Below are positions 1 to 9,232 of a stretch of 64,000 nt of DNA, piece after piece. The stretch covers positions 17,739 through 81,738 of the forward strand of contig OZ246414.1 of the NCBI GenBank assembly GCA_965231125.1. The letters run 5' to 3'. Origin of the DNA: an uncultured Gammaproteobacteria bacterium (lineage in GTDB: Bacteria; Patescibacteriota; Microgenomatia; Woykebacterales; RBG-16-39-9b). The stretch's first letter is position 1. Every line of letters starts with the position of its first letter. The position numbers and the translations under genes are program-made. The notes below the pieces were generated by a model. It was not told where the DNA came from. It saw nothing but the letters and a program-made list of their open reading frames with translations, and did no database searches.

Positions 1-692
1 CATTAGTAAACCTTCGTAACTAAAATGCGCGTCCAAAACTGTTAGCTCTCTCCCCATTTTTGGAGCCGAATGCGCGTCGGAAAAAGAAACGATTGACCGA
101 CGGTCTAAATCGCGAATTCGCCAATTCATAGCTGGATCACTAGAAAGCCCAGTCTCAACTGCATAAATATACCCGGATAAATCGCCGAAACATTCTTCAA
201 TAGAATCAAAGCCGGAATTACTTCCGTATAAAGAAAACCACGGAGTCCAAGCATGGGCTGGTATAAAAATAGCTTTTTCGTTAACATTCAAAGCCAGTTC
301 CAACAACTCTTTTGCCGACAACCCGACAATCGGCCGACCATCGGCTGCTAGATTTGCCCGCTTACCAAGCTGGTCGTTAAACTTCTCCACATCGGCCAGA
401 TCCGGAAAATAAAGTAGACAGTGGATACGGCGTTGTTTTCCGCCTTGGGTGTAAATGCAAGAAATTTCAGTACCTAAAATATACTTAACGTTATCGTAAT
501 AGTACAAACCATTTCCTAGTTCTTTCAGTTTCGATTTACTTTCTTTGAACCACACAGGGTGAGTAAAATCCGCACTGGATAATAAACCAATACCTTTCCA
601 CTTTGCCCAAGAGCTTAAAGTATCAAAATTAAGACTTTTGCTCGTAGCTCGAGCGTATGCTGAATGAAGATGAAGATCCGCAACAAATTTCA
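1..692 (-). CDS. PHP-domain phosphoesterase; start codon at 692, C-terminus lies beyond the window start
   Basis: Manual minus-strand translation from the ATG at 692 gives MKFVADLHLHSAYARATS... with no stop before position 1. The N-terminal HxH motif is characteristic of the PHP family. It sits 3 nt upstream of the ligase gene. Confidence 0.6.
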
Positions 693-695
693 TAG

Positions 696-2480
696 TTAAA
701 CTTTAACTTTTCGCTGTTGCTCATACATCTCGACTAGCTCTTTAACGGTAGTAGCATCCTCGGCTCTTTTATCCGTACCTCTAAACGAGACTAATCGAGG
801 GAATCTCAAAGCATATCCTGGCTCGTCGCCAACTTTGCCAGCGGTGTGGACTGGGCTGCGGGTGATTTCGTCTGCGAAAATTTCCAACACCAACTTTGGT
901 TCTAACCAGATTGAAGGTTCAATAATCGAATTAACTCTTGCAGGTTTTCTTGTAACTTGTAACTTATTACTTATTACTTTGATTTGGCGCCACTCCTCGT
1001 CTGTCAGTCCAGTACCTACTCTACTAACTGTTTCGAACTCGTCTTTGTCAGAGTCGTAAATCCCGACCAATAGACCACCCGCACCAAAAGATGTTCTTTT
1101 ACCAGTGCCTGTATAAATTCCCAATAAAACACAGTCGATCGTATCGGAAAGCTCCCCCGCCGCCATTCTCTTAAATTTAATCCAATGAAAACCACGGGCC
1201 CCTGCTTTGTAAGGAGCGTCCAATTTTTTTATCATCACCCCTTCAAGACCAGCCGAGACTTGTTCTTCAAACATTTCTTTAAGTTCCTTGGACGAGTGCA
1301 AAATCTTTTCTTTGGCAAGAATAATAATGTCATCTTTGGATATTACCTTAGAAAGCTGCGCTCGTCTTTCGACATAAGGTTTTTTGGTAATGTCTTTGCC
1401 ATCCAGGTAAAGAAGATCAAAAGCAAAAAGTTTTAGCGGCAACTTCTGGCTAAACTCCGCAATAGCGTACTTACGCCGTCTTTTAGTAGTTTCCTGAAAA
1501 GGTAAGAACTCGTCCGTCAACGGATTGTAAGCAATCGCCTCACCTTCAAAAATGGCACTTTCTGCCTTGACTTCGTTTAACACACCGTTAACCAAATCCG
1601 GAAACGAATTGGTAAAATCCTCCAAATTCCTAGAAAAAATCCTAACTTGCTTTTTGTTTTTGCTCTGTAATTCTGAATTCTTAACTCTGAACTCTGAACT
1701 CACGTGGATTTGGCAGCGGAATCCGTCGTATTTAGGCTCAACGGCAAAATTATCGCCAACCCTTTTGATAACTGCTTCGGCATTTGGCAAACGCTCGGCC
1801 AGGGCCGGTCGAACTGGTTTACCAACCTGCAACTGGACTTTTGCAACTCCAGAAAGCCCTTTGCCCCAAAAAGTTTTTGCGACAAAACCCAAATCGCTCG
1901 TTTTATTGTAAGCCTCTTCAAGGGAAGCGCGGGCGGATTTATCACCAATTTTGGCGATGGACAGGGCATCCAAAACAGTCGGATCGCCTATACCCAGCCG
2001 CAACTTCGCTAAAGTTATCCGCACCAGATGTTTAGCGCTCTTTGAGTCCATCTGCTTAAGCAATTCCGAAAGTGTACCTATTTTCTTCTCAACACTACCC
2101 TGACCGGACGTTGTTGCGATTGTGTACAAACCTTCGTGAACGTCGCTGACGGTTAGCTGTTTTCTACTTCTTCCTTTTTCCTTTTGACTCAATTGCTCGG
2201 CTGTTAGGCCCATGTCTCCGGTCCTTACCGCAAGTTTACGGACTTCTCCGCGATCTATTTTGTAGGCAAGGGCGAGCGCTTGCTCAACCATTTTATCCGC
2301 CATACCAATTTCTATTGGCTCAAAGAATGGGACTACCCGGCCTTGAAGTAAGTAAGCTACTTTTTCTATTTCAGCTTCTGTTACTTTTTTTAATAGTTCT
2401 GATAGTATTTGAGTTATTTCTATACGGCTTGATGTAGTCTCTAACTTTTCAAAATACTCAGCGAGCTGCGCAAATTTCAT
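696..2480 (-). CDS. lig: ATP-dependent DNA ligase (archaeal/LigI-like)
   Basis: 594 aa. Contains the adenylation motif VEPKYDGFRCQIH (KxDG) and shows overall ATP-ligase architecture. Confidence 0.9.
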   Translation of the reverse strand: MKFAQLAEYFEKLETTSSRIEITQILSELLKKVTEAEIEKVAYLLQGRVVPFFEPIEIGMADKMVEQALALAYKIDRGEVRKLAVRTGDMGLTAEQLSQKEKGRSRKQLTVSDVHEGLYTIATTSGQGSVEKKIGTLSELLKQMDSKSAKHLVRITLAKLRLGIGDPTVLDALSIAKIGDKSARASLEEAYNKTSDLGFVAKTFWGKGLSGVAKVQLQVGKPVRPALAERLPNAEAVIKRVGDNFAVEPKYDGFRCQIHVSSEFRVKNSELQSKNKKQVRIFSRNLEDFTNSFPDLVNGVLNEVKAESAIFEGEAIAYNPLTDEFLPFQETTKRRRKYAIAEFSQKLPLKLFAFDLLYLDGKDITKKPYVERRAQLSKVISKDDIIILAKEKILHSSKELKEMFEEQVSAGLEGVMIKKLDAPYKAGARGFHWIKFKRMAAGELSDTIDCVLLGIYTGTGKRTSFGAGGLLVGIYDSDKDEFETVSRVGTGLTDEEWRQIKVISNKLQVTRKPARVNSIIEPSIWLEPKLVLEIFADEITRSPVHTAGKVGDEPGYALRFPRLVSFRGTDKRAEDATTVKELVEMYEQQRKVKV

Positions 2481-2558
2481 GATACAGACATTATACTAAA
2501 TTAAGCAGAAAAAAGGAGCGGCGCTGCATTCCTGGGAAGACAGCGCCAATACTTTTAG

Positions 2559-2915
2559 TCATGATGTTAGTGGCCTTGGGTCTTCCACTCGCTGGTCTGT
2601 GGGCTTAAGACTAAGCGAGCCTTCTGAAAAATCGAGAGTGTAAACACGATATCCTGGACCTGCATCGGTCAGCCATCGTATTATTATGGAGCTAAAGTTT
2701 TCGTCTAGCTCCCCCCTATAGGGCTGGGCCTCTGCTTTAACGATAGGCATTCCCAAACCCCACTCGATTTGCCGCAAGGCTTCGTATATTAAATCACGGT
2801 AGTCATACGGTCTTCCGTGATAATCCTTGCCGCCAAAGTCCAACGCTCGGTGAATCCTCACTTCCTCTATTCTAACCGTCAAAGGCACGAAGTAGTCGTC
2901 ACTATTACCAGCCAT
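2559..2915 (-). CDS. hypothetical protein (118 aa), immediately downstream of fic
   Basis: Complete ORF. It is GC-richer than its neighbours and I could not recognise a family. Confidence 0.4.
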   Translation of the reverse strand: MAGNSDDYFVPLTVRIEEVRIHRALDFGGKDYHGRPYDYRDLIYEALRQIEWGLGMPIVKAEAQPYRGELDENFSSIIIRWLTDAGPGYRVYTLDFSEGSLSLKPTDQRVEDPRPLTS

Positions 2916-2992
2916 TCCTTTCCTCCTGGTTATATTTAGGTAGCAGAATTATACATCCTATAATTTATCAGTGCAATTGGGCAAGAATCGAA

Positions 2993-4051
2993 TTAAGAAT
3001 CTCCTTTCAAAACATACACCGCAGATTTTGTCTTACCCCTCTTCCTCACTAATCGTTTTTCCATCAAAACTTTTAAATCTCGCAAAATTGAGTCATCGGA
3101 AACCATTGGTAACAAACTGCGCCACTCTTTATTGGAAACTTGGCCGAACTCTTGCATATATTCAACCAATTTTAGCTGCCGGTCGTTTAAAGGCAGCTGA
3201 CCCATTTTACTTTTGAGTCGCAGATCGACAGAAAGGCGACGGACTTTATCTTTTATTCTTGCCAGCTCCTCTGCCAAACCTTCAGTAAAATATTCTATCC
3301 AGACAGTTAAATCTCTCTGCCAAATATCTTCAGACTGATTTGATACTTGTTGAAGAACACTGTAGTAACGTGTAGCATCTTTATCGAAATATTCTTCAAT
3401 CGAGAAAAACTTTTTTATATCGTAGCCTTCTTTAAACAAAACAAGGTTCGCAACGGCTCTCGCGACGCGGCCGTTACCATCAACGAAAGGGTGGATTGCT
3501 GCCAGCCCGTAGTGAGTAATCCCCGCTTTTATAACCGGATGGATTTCGTCTTGGGAAAGGCGGTTTAGCCAAAAAAAGAATTCATGGGTTAGACTTGGTA
3601 CTTTATTTTGGTTTGGTGGGACGTAGGACGCTTCTCCGGTTGCGGAGTTTGCCACTTTTACTTGGACTTTTCGATATTTTCCAGACTGATCCTCGAGGAG
3701 GATTTTTTTAGTAGTGAGGCGGTGAATTTCTAGCAAAATGTCTTCTGTTACTAGCTCTTCCCGGATTTTGTCGATGTATTTTAAAACTTCACGGTAGTTT
3801 AAAACTTCTTGGACATCACGGTCCCGAGCGGAAATATTTTTTCCTTCAAGAATCTGGGCCACTTCTTTTTGCTCCAGGGGATTGCCTTCAATATGCGTGC
3901 CGTGATGAACCGTGCGAATAATTGCTTCCTCACGGAATTTCGCTTCGTAGGAAGGAACTAAGGGAGCGTTTTCAATAATTTCTTTGGCGGCTTCGATACG
4001 ACCGATGTTTTTTAAAATCTTGTGAGTTATGGAATATTTTGGTTGAAACAT
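2993..4051 (-). CDS. fic: Fic/DOC family AMP-transferase with C-terminal winged-helix domain
   Basis: Fic motif HPFVDGNGRVARAV is present. An N-terminal inhibitory-helix-like IEGN motif (HGTHIEGN) is also present. The C-terminal ~70 aa looks like a wHTH. Confidence 0.85.
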   Translation of the reverse strand: MFQPKYSITHKILKNIGRIEAAKEIIENAPLVPSYEAKFREEAIIRTVHHGTHIEGNPLEQKEVAQILEGKNISARDRDVQEVLNYREVLKYIDKIREELVTEDILLEIHRLTTKKILLEDQSGKYRKVQVKVANSATGEASYVPPNQNKVPSLTHEFFFWLNRLSQDEIHPVIKAGITHYGLAAIHPFVDGNGRVARAVANLVLFKEGYDIKKFFSIEEYFDKDATRYYSVLQQVSNQSEDIWQRDLTVWIEYFTEGLAEELARIKDKVRRLSVDLRLKSKMGQLPLNDRQLKLVEYMQEFGQVSNKEWRSLLPMVSDDSILRDLKVLMEKRLVRKRGKTKSAVYVLKGDS

Positions 4052-4106
4052 TTAAACAATTAACGCACATTTACCGCAGAAATGCAAGTTTTCCGGGTAA
4101 AAGTTA

Positions 4107-4143
4107 GGGGCAGACACATGACTTGCGCCAAAATGTCTGCCCC
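4107..4143 (-). terminator. 10-bp GC-rich hairpin between the small TM ORF and fic
   Basis: GGGGCAGACA-N17-TGTCTGCCCC. The sequence after it is only weakly T-rich on the minus strand. Confidence 0.35.
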
Positions 4144-4186
4144 TTCTCTTCTCCTTCCTGTGAAATTTTTACCGGTAGCGATTGGG

Positions 4187-4351
4187 CTACGGACGGATCG
4201 TTAACGACTGAGTCGTGATTGGTGTGGGCGGGTGTCCACCACCAGAGCGCTCGGTCTGCGTGCAGCCCCCATTAGCAAACACGACCACCGCCCCTACCAG
4301 CACCACGACGGCCACAAAGACAACGATCACCCAGGTTGGTATTTTGGACAT
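4187..4351 (-). CDS. small single-pass membrane protein (54 aa), below the ORF-track size cutoff
   Basis: ATG preceded by AAGGAAGGAG. Translation is MSKIPTWVIVVFVAVVVLVGAVVVFANGGCTQ..., one TM helix. Confidence 0.45.
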   Translation of the reverse strand: MSKIPTWVIVVFVAVVVLVGAVVVFANGGCTQTERSGGGHPPTPITTQSLTIRP

Positions 4352-4366
4352 GTGCGTGCTCCTTCC

Positions 4367-5503
4367 TTAGCCTGTCGCCCAACAGTAGCTGTCCGCCCCG
4401 TTTAGTGGAGGCGAGGTCGTCCTGGGGCCCATGATACAGTTAAGCACGACAGGGTAGTGCCTCAAGGCGACACCGCTGACACTGAAGACGCCAATCTGCC
4501 CGTTACTCTTGGCGCTCACCTCTTTGTGTCCCGGTATTCTGGTGTAAGCAGGAACGCCGTCTTGGCTTTCCAAACCGTAGAGACCGATCGAACTGAAAGG
4601 CCGATCGGAGCAGTCGTGATTGACTGTCACTCCATCGTAGAAGTTGCTGTCCGGACCATCGAAGTAGTCCCAACGACAGTTCATCTTGTACGAAAGCAAC
4701 GTTACTTCCGCCCAGGTAACATTCCAACAGTAGCCGCCAAAAGGTGTGCACACCCGAGTGACGAAAGGCCAGACGATTTTGTACTCCGCGGTGCCGGCGG
4801 CACTATACCAAGCCCCTGGGTCCTCCGGCGGCGGCCCACAGCTTGTGCAGATCGACGCTGCTTCGCCATACTGGCTCCAGCTAACGACCTGAACATCGTT
4901 GATTTGGCCGGAGGCGTTTCGGTAGAGGACGCAGCCGGTGAACGATGGGTCAACGCTGGCAGCTTCTGCAACTGAGTTGTTGCAGGTTTTCAGCACGTCT
5001 ATTTGGATACGGACCGGCTGGCAACCGTGGTTGTACTGTTGGCCCATCAACACCAAGTCCTGGACGTTGATCCTACCGTCAGGTGGGCCAAGGTTCCAAG
5101 GGTTCGGGCCAAGCGGGGTCCGGTCGTACTCGGTCGAGTAACCAGACTGGCCTTGGTACTGCCCGAAGTGATAAACGACAGTAAGGATGTCCGCCACAGT
5201 GTTCTTGCCGCTGTGCGTCGGGTTCCACCAGTCCCAAGGATTTGTCGGGTCTCGACGGCCGCCCTCCTTTTGTTTCGGACCCAGTTCAAGCCGGTCTGGA
5301 CAACCATCGCCATCCGTATCCGGCGCCGTGTACTCAATGGTTGACGGGCCAGTATAGGTTGAGACAGACGGAGTTGGTGGGCTGAAATCGCTTGTCGGGG
5401 TTGACTCGGTTGTTGGTGTCGGTGTTTCTGCTTGAACCCCATTGGTGCCTGCGAGCCCTGCTATCATCAAGATAGCAAGCAGTAGGGTAATACGAAGTCG
5501 CAT
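4367..5503 (-). CDS. secreted Cys-rich protein with dockerin-like / DxDxDG calcium-binding repeats
   Basis: N-terminal signal peptide MRLRITLLLAILMIAGLAGTNGVQA. Contains DTDGDGCPD and DGRINVQDLVLMGQQY dockerin-like half-repeats, and many Cys. Confidence 0.6.
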   Translation of the reverse strand: MRLRITLLLAILMIAGLAGTNGVQAETPTPTTESTPTSDFSPPTPSVSTYTGPSTIEYTAPDTDGDGCPDRLELGPKQKEGGRRDPTNPWDWWNPTHSGKNTVADILTVVYHFGQYQGQSGYSTEYDRTPLGPNPWNLGPPDGRINVQDLVLMGQQYNHGCQPVRIQIDVLKTCNNSVAEAASVDPSFTGCVLYRNASGQINDVQVVSWSQYGEAASICTSCGPPPEDPGAWYSAAGTAEYKIVWPFVTRVCTPFGGYCWNVTWAEVTLLSYKMNCRWDYFDGPDSNFYDGVTVNHDCSDRPFSSIGLYGLESQDGVPAYTRIPGHKEVSAKSNGQIGVFSVSGVALRHYPVVLNCIMGPRTTSPPLNGADSYCWATG

Positions 5504-5624
5504 TTTCGAACCTCCGTTCGTGTCGTTTTGATCAGGATGGTTTTCTTATCAAGTTGTAGTGTGCAAAATGAAACCCTCCCTCAACGAGAAAGCTCCGACC
5601 CCCTCCTTAGAGCCAGGCAAGAAC

Positions 5625-6281
5625 CTACGCACAAGAGCCTCCAGGACTCTTACCGTAGATGGTGTCTGACTGAATGGTCTTGGCCGAAACTGTGGTCAGA
5701 GCTCGGCCGGCCAGGATCCCACTGAATAAGGCAGGTTGAACCGTCTCCTCGCTGATAGCAGTACCAGCTGCGTCGCCTACCTCACCGCAAGTATTGGCAG
5801 CCTCCCACGTCCAGTTAGCTGTTATCGGTGTGTTTGCCGTGAAACTGGTAACCGGCTCGTTTCGATCTCCGTCGCCGTCCGTATCGTCGAAGTCACGAAC
5901 TTCTATAGTCACTGGAAGCACTGCTTCCAAACCGATTGAGCCCTGGCTGATTTGAAGCCAGTTACTGTCAGAAATGTCTTTCTTGCCTTTAAAACTCCAG
6001 ACCGTCTGACACCCATACTCTTCACAGCGAGTGAGTTTCCCTTCGACACTGGCGATATCTTGGATTTGGGCTCCGGTCGCACTACTCGAGCGGATCAAGC
6101 GTGTAACTTGGACTGATCCCTCAGTCACCAGATTCGTTGTGTGTGTAATTGTGAAAAAGCCAGTCGCTCCCTCAGTTGTGGTACGAGACCATCCGTTGTC
6201 TCCACTCGTTGCAAAGACATTCGCAACAGTGAAGACAAGTAGAGCTAAAACTGTCATCAACGACAATGCTATTTTTTTCAT
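5625..6281 (-). CDS. secreted protein, paralogue family A (CxExxCxTxWxF + DxDGDGD motifs); true start taken as the internal ATG at 6281
   Basis: Signal peptide MKKIALSLMTVLALLVF after an AAAGGAGGAG RBS. Motifs TRCEEYGCQTVWSF and DFDDTDGDGDRNE are shared with the 44016..44729 ORF. Confidence 0.6.
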   Translation of the reverse strand: MKKIALSLMTVLALLVFTVANVFATSGDNGWSRTTTEGATGFFTITHTTNLVTEGSVQVTRLIRSSSATGAQIQDIASVEGKLTRCEEYGCQTVWSFKGKKDISDSNWLQISQGSIGLEAVLPVTIEVRDFDDTDGDGDRNEPVTSFTANTPITANWTWEAANTCGEVGDAAGTAISEETVQPALFSGILAGRALTTVSAKTIQSDTIYGKSPGGSCA

Positions 6282-6348
6282 TTGTCTCCTCCTTTTTTGG
6301 AATATATTGGCGGTTATCTTTCTCCTGAACAGATTTCTTTCGTTTAAA

Positions 6349-6480
6349 GCTTTAGTGTTATACACGCAAGCTTCTTTAGACTTTAGAGCGTAGCTCGCAA
6401 GTCTCGAAGAACTTTAGTGCGTCAGCACGCAAGTCTTGGGGAGCTTTAGCGCGTTAGCGCGCAAATCTCGGAGAGATTTA
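6349..6480. repeat. tandem array of 4-5 degenerate ~31-nt units, each CTTTAG + short hairpin + (GC)AAGTCTYG
   Basis: Unit hairpins are GTGT/ACAC, GAGC/GCTC, GTGC/GCAC and GCGCG/CGCGC. The sequences differ but the pairing is preserved. It lies in the divergent region between the secreted-protein gene and clpB. Confidence 0.6.
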
Positions 6481-6654
6481 TAGCACTTTTTACACCATTT
6501 GTCAAACTTAGAATAAAAAATTATCGGTTTTGTATGAAAAATTAGAAAAAATTTATCCACTCCTATAGTTTCCCCTGGAAATAAATCTATAGGTTGGGGC
6601 ACTTTTACATTTTGCCAACTTGTTCATTCTGTAGGAAATTTTAGCAGAAGGGTA

Positions 6655-6683
6655 TTGCAAGTGCTAATATCCTATGTTATAAG
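6655..6683 (+). promoter_or_regulatory. candidate sigma70-like promoter for clpB
   Basis: TTGCAA-17-TATAAG lies about 60 nt upstream of the clpB ATG. The leader has no clear SD but carries a duplicated TTACTTATTAC motif. Confidence 0.3.
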
Positions 6684-6746
6684 TACCCTGTCGTAGGTAG
6701 TTAAGTTGTTTTCAACTTTTTACTTATTACTTTTTACTTATTACTT

Positions 6747-8897
6747 ATGAGCGAACAACCAGAACAATTTACACCTTTTCAAGTTGCCAAAAATCCTTTG
6801 GAAGCTTACGGAAGAAATCTCACTACACTCGCCAAAGAAGGCAAACTCGATCCGGTCATTGGCCGCGATGAGGAAATCCGCCGGCTTATGCAAGTTCTTT
6901 CCCGCCGCACTAAAAATAATCCAGTCTTAATTGGAGAAGCCGGTGTTGGTAAAACTGCAATTGTTGAGGGCTTGGCGCAAAGAATAATTGCCGGGGATGT
7001 TCCCGACACTTTGAAAGGCCGAGAAATATTTCAACTTGATATATCCTCATTAATTGCCGGTGCCGCCTTTCGCGGCGAATTTGAAGAAAGATTAAAAGCG
7101 GTACTTAAAGCAATCTCCGAGGAAGGTAAATATATTTTATTTATTGACGAGCTCCACCTGGTTGTTGGAGCGGGTCGGGCCGAAGGGGCCGTCGACGCTG
7201 CTAACATTTTAAAACCCGCGCTTGCTCGGGGCGAACTTCACGCTATTGGAGCGACAACTCTGAAAGAATACCGGGAGTACATTGAAAAGGACGCTGCTCT
7301 TGAGAGGCGCTTCCAACCAATTTACGTTGAGCAGCCTTCGATAGAAGATACAATCGCAATTCTTCGGGGCTTAAAAGAAAAATATGAGGTGCATCACGGA
7401 GTAAGAATTACAGATTCGGCTCTGATTGCCGCTGCCACTTTATCCAACCGCTATATTTCCGGAAGATTTTTGCCTGACAAAGCCGTGGACTTGGTTGACG
7501 AAGCAACCAGCGCTCTAAAAATGGAAGTAGAATCTATGCCTGCGCACCTAGACCAGATGAAAAGGAAAATTTTACAACTTGAAATAGAACGGGAGGCTTT
7601 GAAAAAAGAAAAAGATTCCGCCAGTAAAGAGCGGTTAAAGAATGTTGGGACGGAAGTTGATTCCGAGAAAAAGAACTTTGGCAATCTTGAAGGCAAGTGG
7701 AAAAAGGAGAAAGACGTCATTCATGAACTCCGAACCAAAAACCATGAGCTAGAGCGGCTCCGAATGGCTTTGGAAAAAGCAGAACGAGAGGCAGATTTGA
7801 ACACAGCCGCCGAAATTAAATACGGCAAAATCCCCAATTTGGAAAAAGAAGTTGGGGAGATAAATAAAAAATTAAAGACCGTTTCTGGTGAATCCCCCCT
7901 GCTTCGTGAAGAAGTAACCGAAGAAGACATTGCCAAGGTGGTTTCGCGCTGGACTGGGATTCCGGTGGCGCGATTGGTAGAATCCGAAGCCGCTAAATTA
8001 GCTAATATGGAAGTGGAGCTTCACAGGAGGATGGTAGACCAAGAACAGGCAGTAAAAGCGGTTTCTGACGCAATAAGACGCCACAGAGCCGGTATTTCCG
8101 CAGAAACCAAACCAATTGGTAGTTTTATATTCCTGGGACCCACCGGCGTGGGTAAAACAGAACTAGCCCGCGCCCTCGCTGAATTTTTGTTTAATGATGA
8201 AAGAGCAATCGTCAGAGTCGACATGAGTGAGTACATGCAAGAGCATTCTGCCGCCCGGCTCATCGGCGCTCCTCCCGGTTACGTTGGTTACGAAGAAGGC
8301 GGGCAACTAACCGAGGCCGTACGGCGTAAACCGTATTCCGTAGTACTTTTTGATGAGATTGAAAAAGCCCACCCGGACGTTTTCAATATTCTTCTTCAAG
8401 TTTTGGATGACGGTCGGCTTACTGACGGCCGCGGCCGGACTGTAGATTTTAAAAATACCGTAATAATAATGACGAGCAATTTAGGAAGCGAAATAATTCA
8501 AAAATACGCTGGCAAGACGCCAAGCGTTATGAAAGAAGAACTAATGGGGTTAGTGCGTAACACCTTTCGCCCCGAATTTTTAAACAGGGTTGACGAAATC
8601 GTCGTCTTTAACCCACTAACGGAGAAAGAAATCGCCCAGATTACTAAACTTCAACTAGATAAAGTTGTGGAGCAACTTAAAGAAAAAGGAATAAAAATAA
8701 AAATAGATCCAAAAGTCGAGGAACAAATCGCCAAAGAAGGTTTTGACCCGGTTTACGGTGCGAGACCCTTAAAGAGAGTTATCCAGGATAAAATTCTTGA
8801 TGAGCTTGCCCTTCAGATTGTTGAAGGGAAGGTGAAATCCGGAGATACAGTAACTGCACAGTTACAAGACGGAAAAGTTAGTTTAAAAGTTTCGTAA
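6747..8897 (+). CDS. clpB: ClpB-type AAA+ disaggregase lacking the N-terminal domain
   Basis: Two Walker A sites ([16 protein letters not shown]), a middle coiled-coil region and a C-terminal small domain. At 716 aa it starts directly at NBD1. Confidence 0.9.
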   Translation: MSEQPEQFTPFQVAKNPLEAYGRNLTTLAKEGKLDPVIGRDEEIRRLMQVLSRRTKNNPVLIGEAGVGKTAIVEGLAQRIIAGDVPDTLKGREIFQLDISSLIAGAAFRGEFEERLKAVLKAISEEGKYILFIDELHLVVGAGRAEGAVDAANILKPALARGELHAIGATTLKEYREYIEKDAALERRFQPIYVEQPSIEDTIAILRGLKEKYEVHHGVRITDSALIAAATLSNRYISGRFLPDKAVDLVDEATSALKMEVESMPAHLDQMKRKILQLEIEREALKKEKDSASKERLKNVGTEVDSEKKNFGNLEGKWKKEKDVIHELRTKNHELERLRMALEKAEREADLNTAAEIKYGKIPNLEKEVGEINKKLKTVSGESPLLREEVTEEDIAKVVSRWTGIPVARLVESEAAKLANMEVELHRRMVDQEQAVKAVSDAIRRHRAGISAETKPIGSFIFLGPTGVGKTELARALAEFLFNDERAIVRVDMSEYMQEHSAARLIGAPPGYVGYEEGGQLTEAVRRKPYSVVLFDEIEKAHPDVFNILLQVLDDGRLTDGRGRTVDFKNTVIIMTSNLGSEIIQKYAGKTPSVMKEELMGLVRNTFRPEFLNRVDEIVVFNPLTEKEIAQITKLQLDKVVEQLKEKGIKIKIDPKVEEQIAKEGFDPVYGARPLKRVIQDKILDELALQIVEGKVKSGDTVTAQLQDGKVSLKVS

Positions 8898-8903
8898 AGA
8901 AAA

Positions 8904-8945
8904 AGCCGCTTTAAGTTTCCTCAAAGCGGCTAGCAATTTTGTGTT
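8904..8945. terminator. bidirectional rho-independent terminator between clpB and the convergent small gene
   Basis: AGCCGCTTT-N10-AAAGCGGCT followed by AGCAATTTTGTGTTT. Confidence 0.55.
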
Positions 8946-9232
8946 TACGCGGCGACGGGAAAGTACCAGCGTGTTCGGTCTTTGCCTATAAAGCCAATTG
9001 TAACTCGATCGAGATTCATACCTCGTTTTGAAAGCCGAGTTATCAACCGATTTCGGTCTTTCCCGTAACCAACTACCTCTCCATCCGCCACCGCCACATG
9101 TTTATTGCGGTAACGCTTGGGCTGTTTTCGGCGAATGGTGTTGAGCAGAGTCTCGTCAAACCCTTTTTGAACAAGACTCCTGCTTACTTCTCTCGGGTCG
9201 CCGATCAGCTTGAGAACGTCGGACTTTTTCAT
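8945..9232 (-). CDS. small hypothetical protein (95 aa), translationally coupled to the upstream SDR gene
   Basis: Start taken at the internal ATG forming an ATGA overlap with the SDR stop. Translation is MKKSDVLKLIGDPREV.... Confidence 0.45.
   Translation of the reverse strand: MKKSDVLKLIGDPREVSRSLVQKGFDETLLNTIRRKQPKRYRNKHVAVADGEVVGYGKDRNRLITRLSKRGMNLDRVTIGFIGKDRTRWYFPVAA

Noticed and set aside
835-2035. Several 70-120-aa ORFs on both strands inside the ligase gene
   Set aside because: All are embedded in the ligase reading frame, which has conserved ligase motifs.
6349-6480. CRISPR array interpretation of the tandem ~31-nt units
   Set aside because: The units are degenerate rather than identical, there are no unique spacers between them, the array has only 4-5 units, and there are no cas genes in the window.
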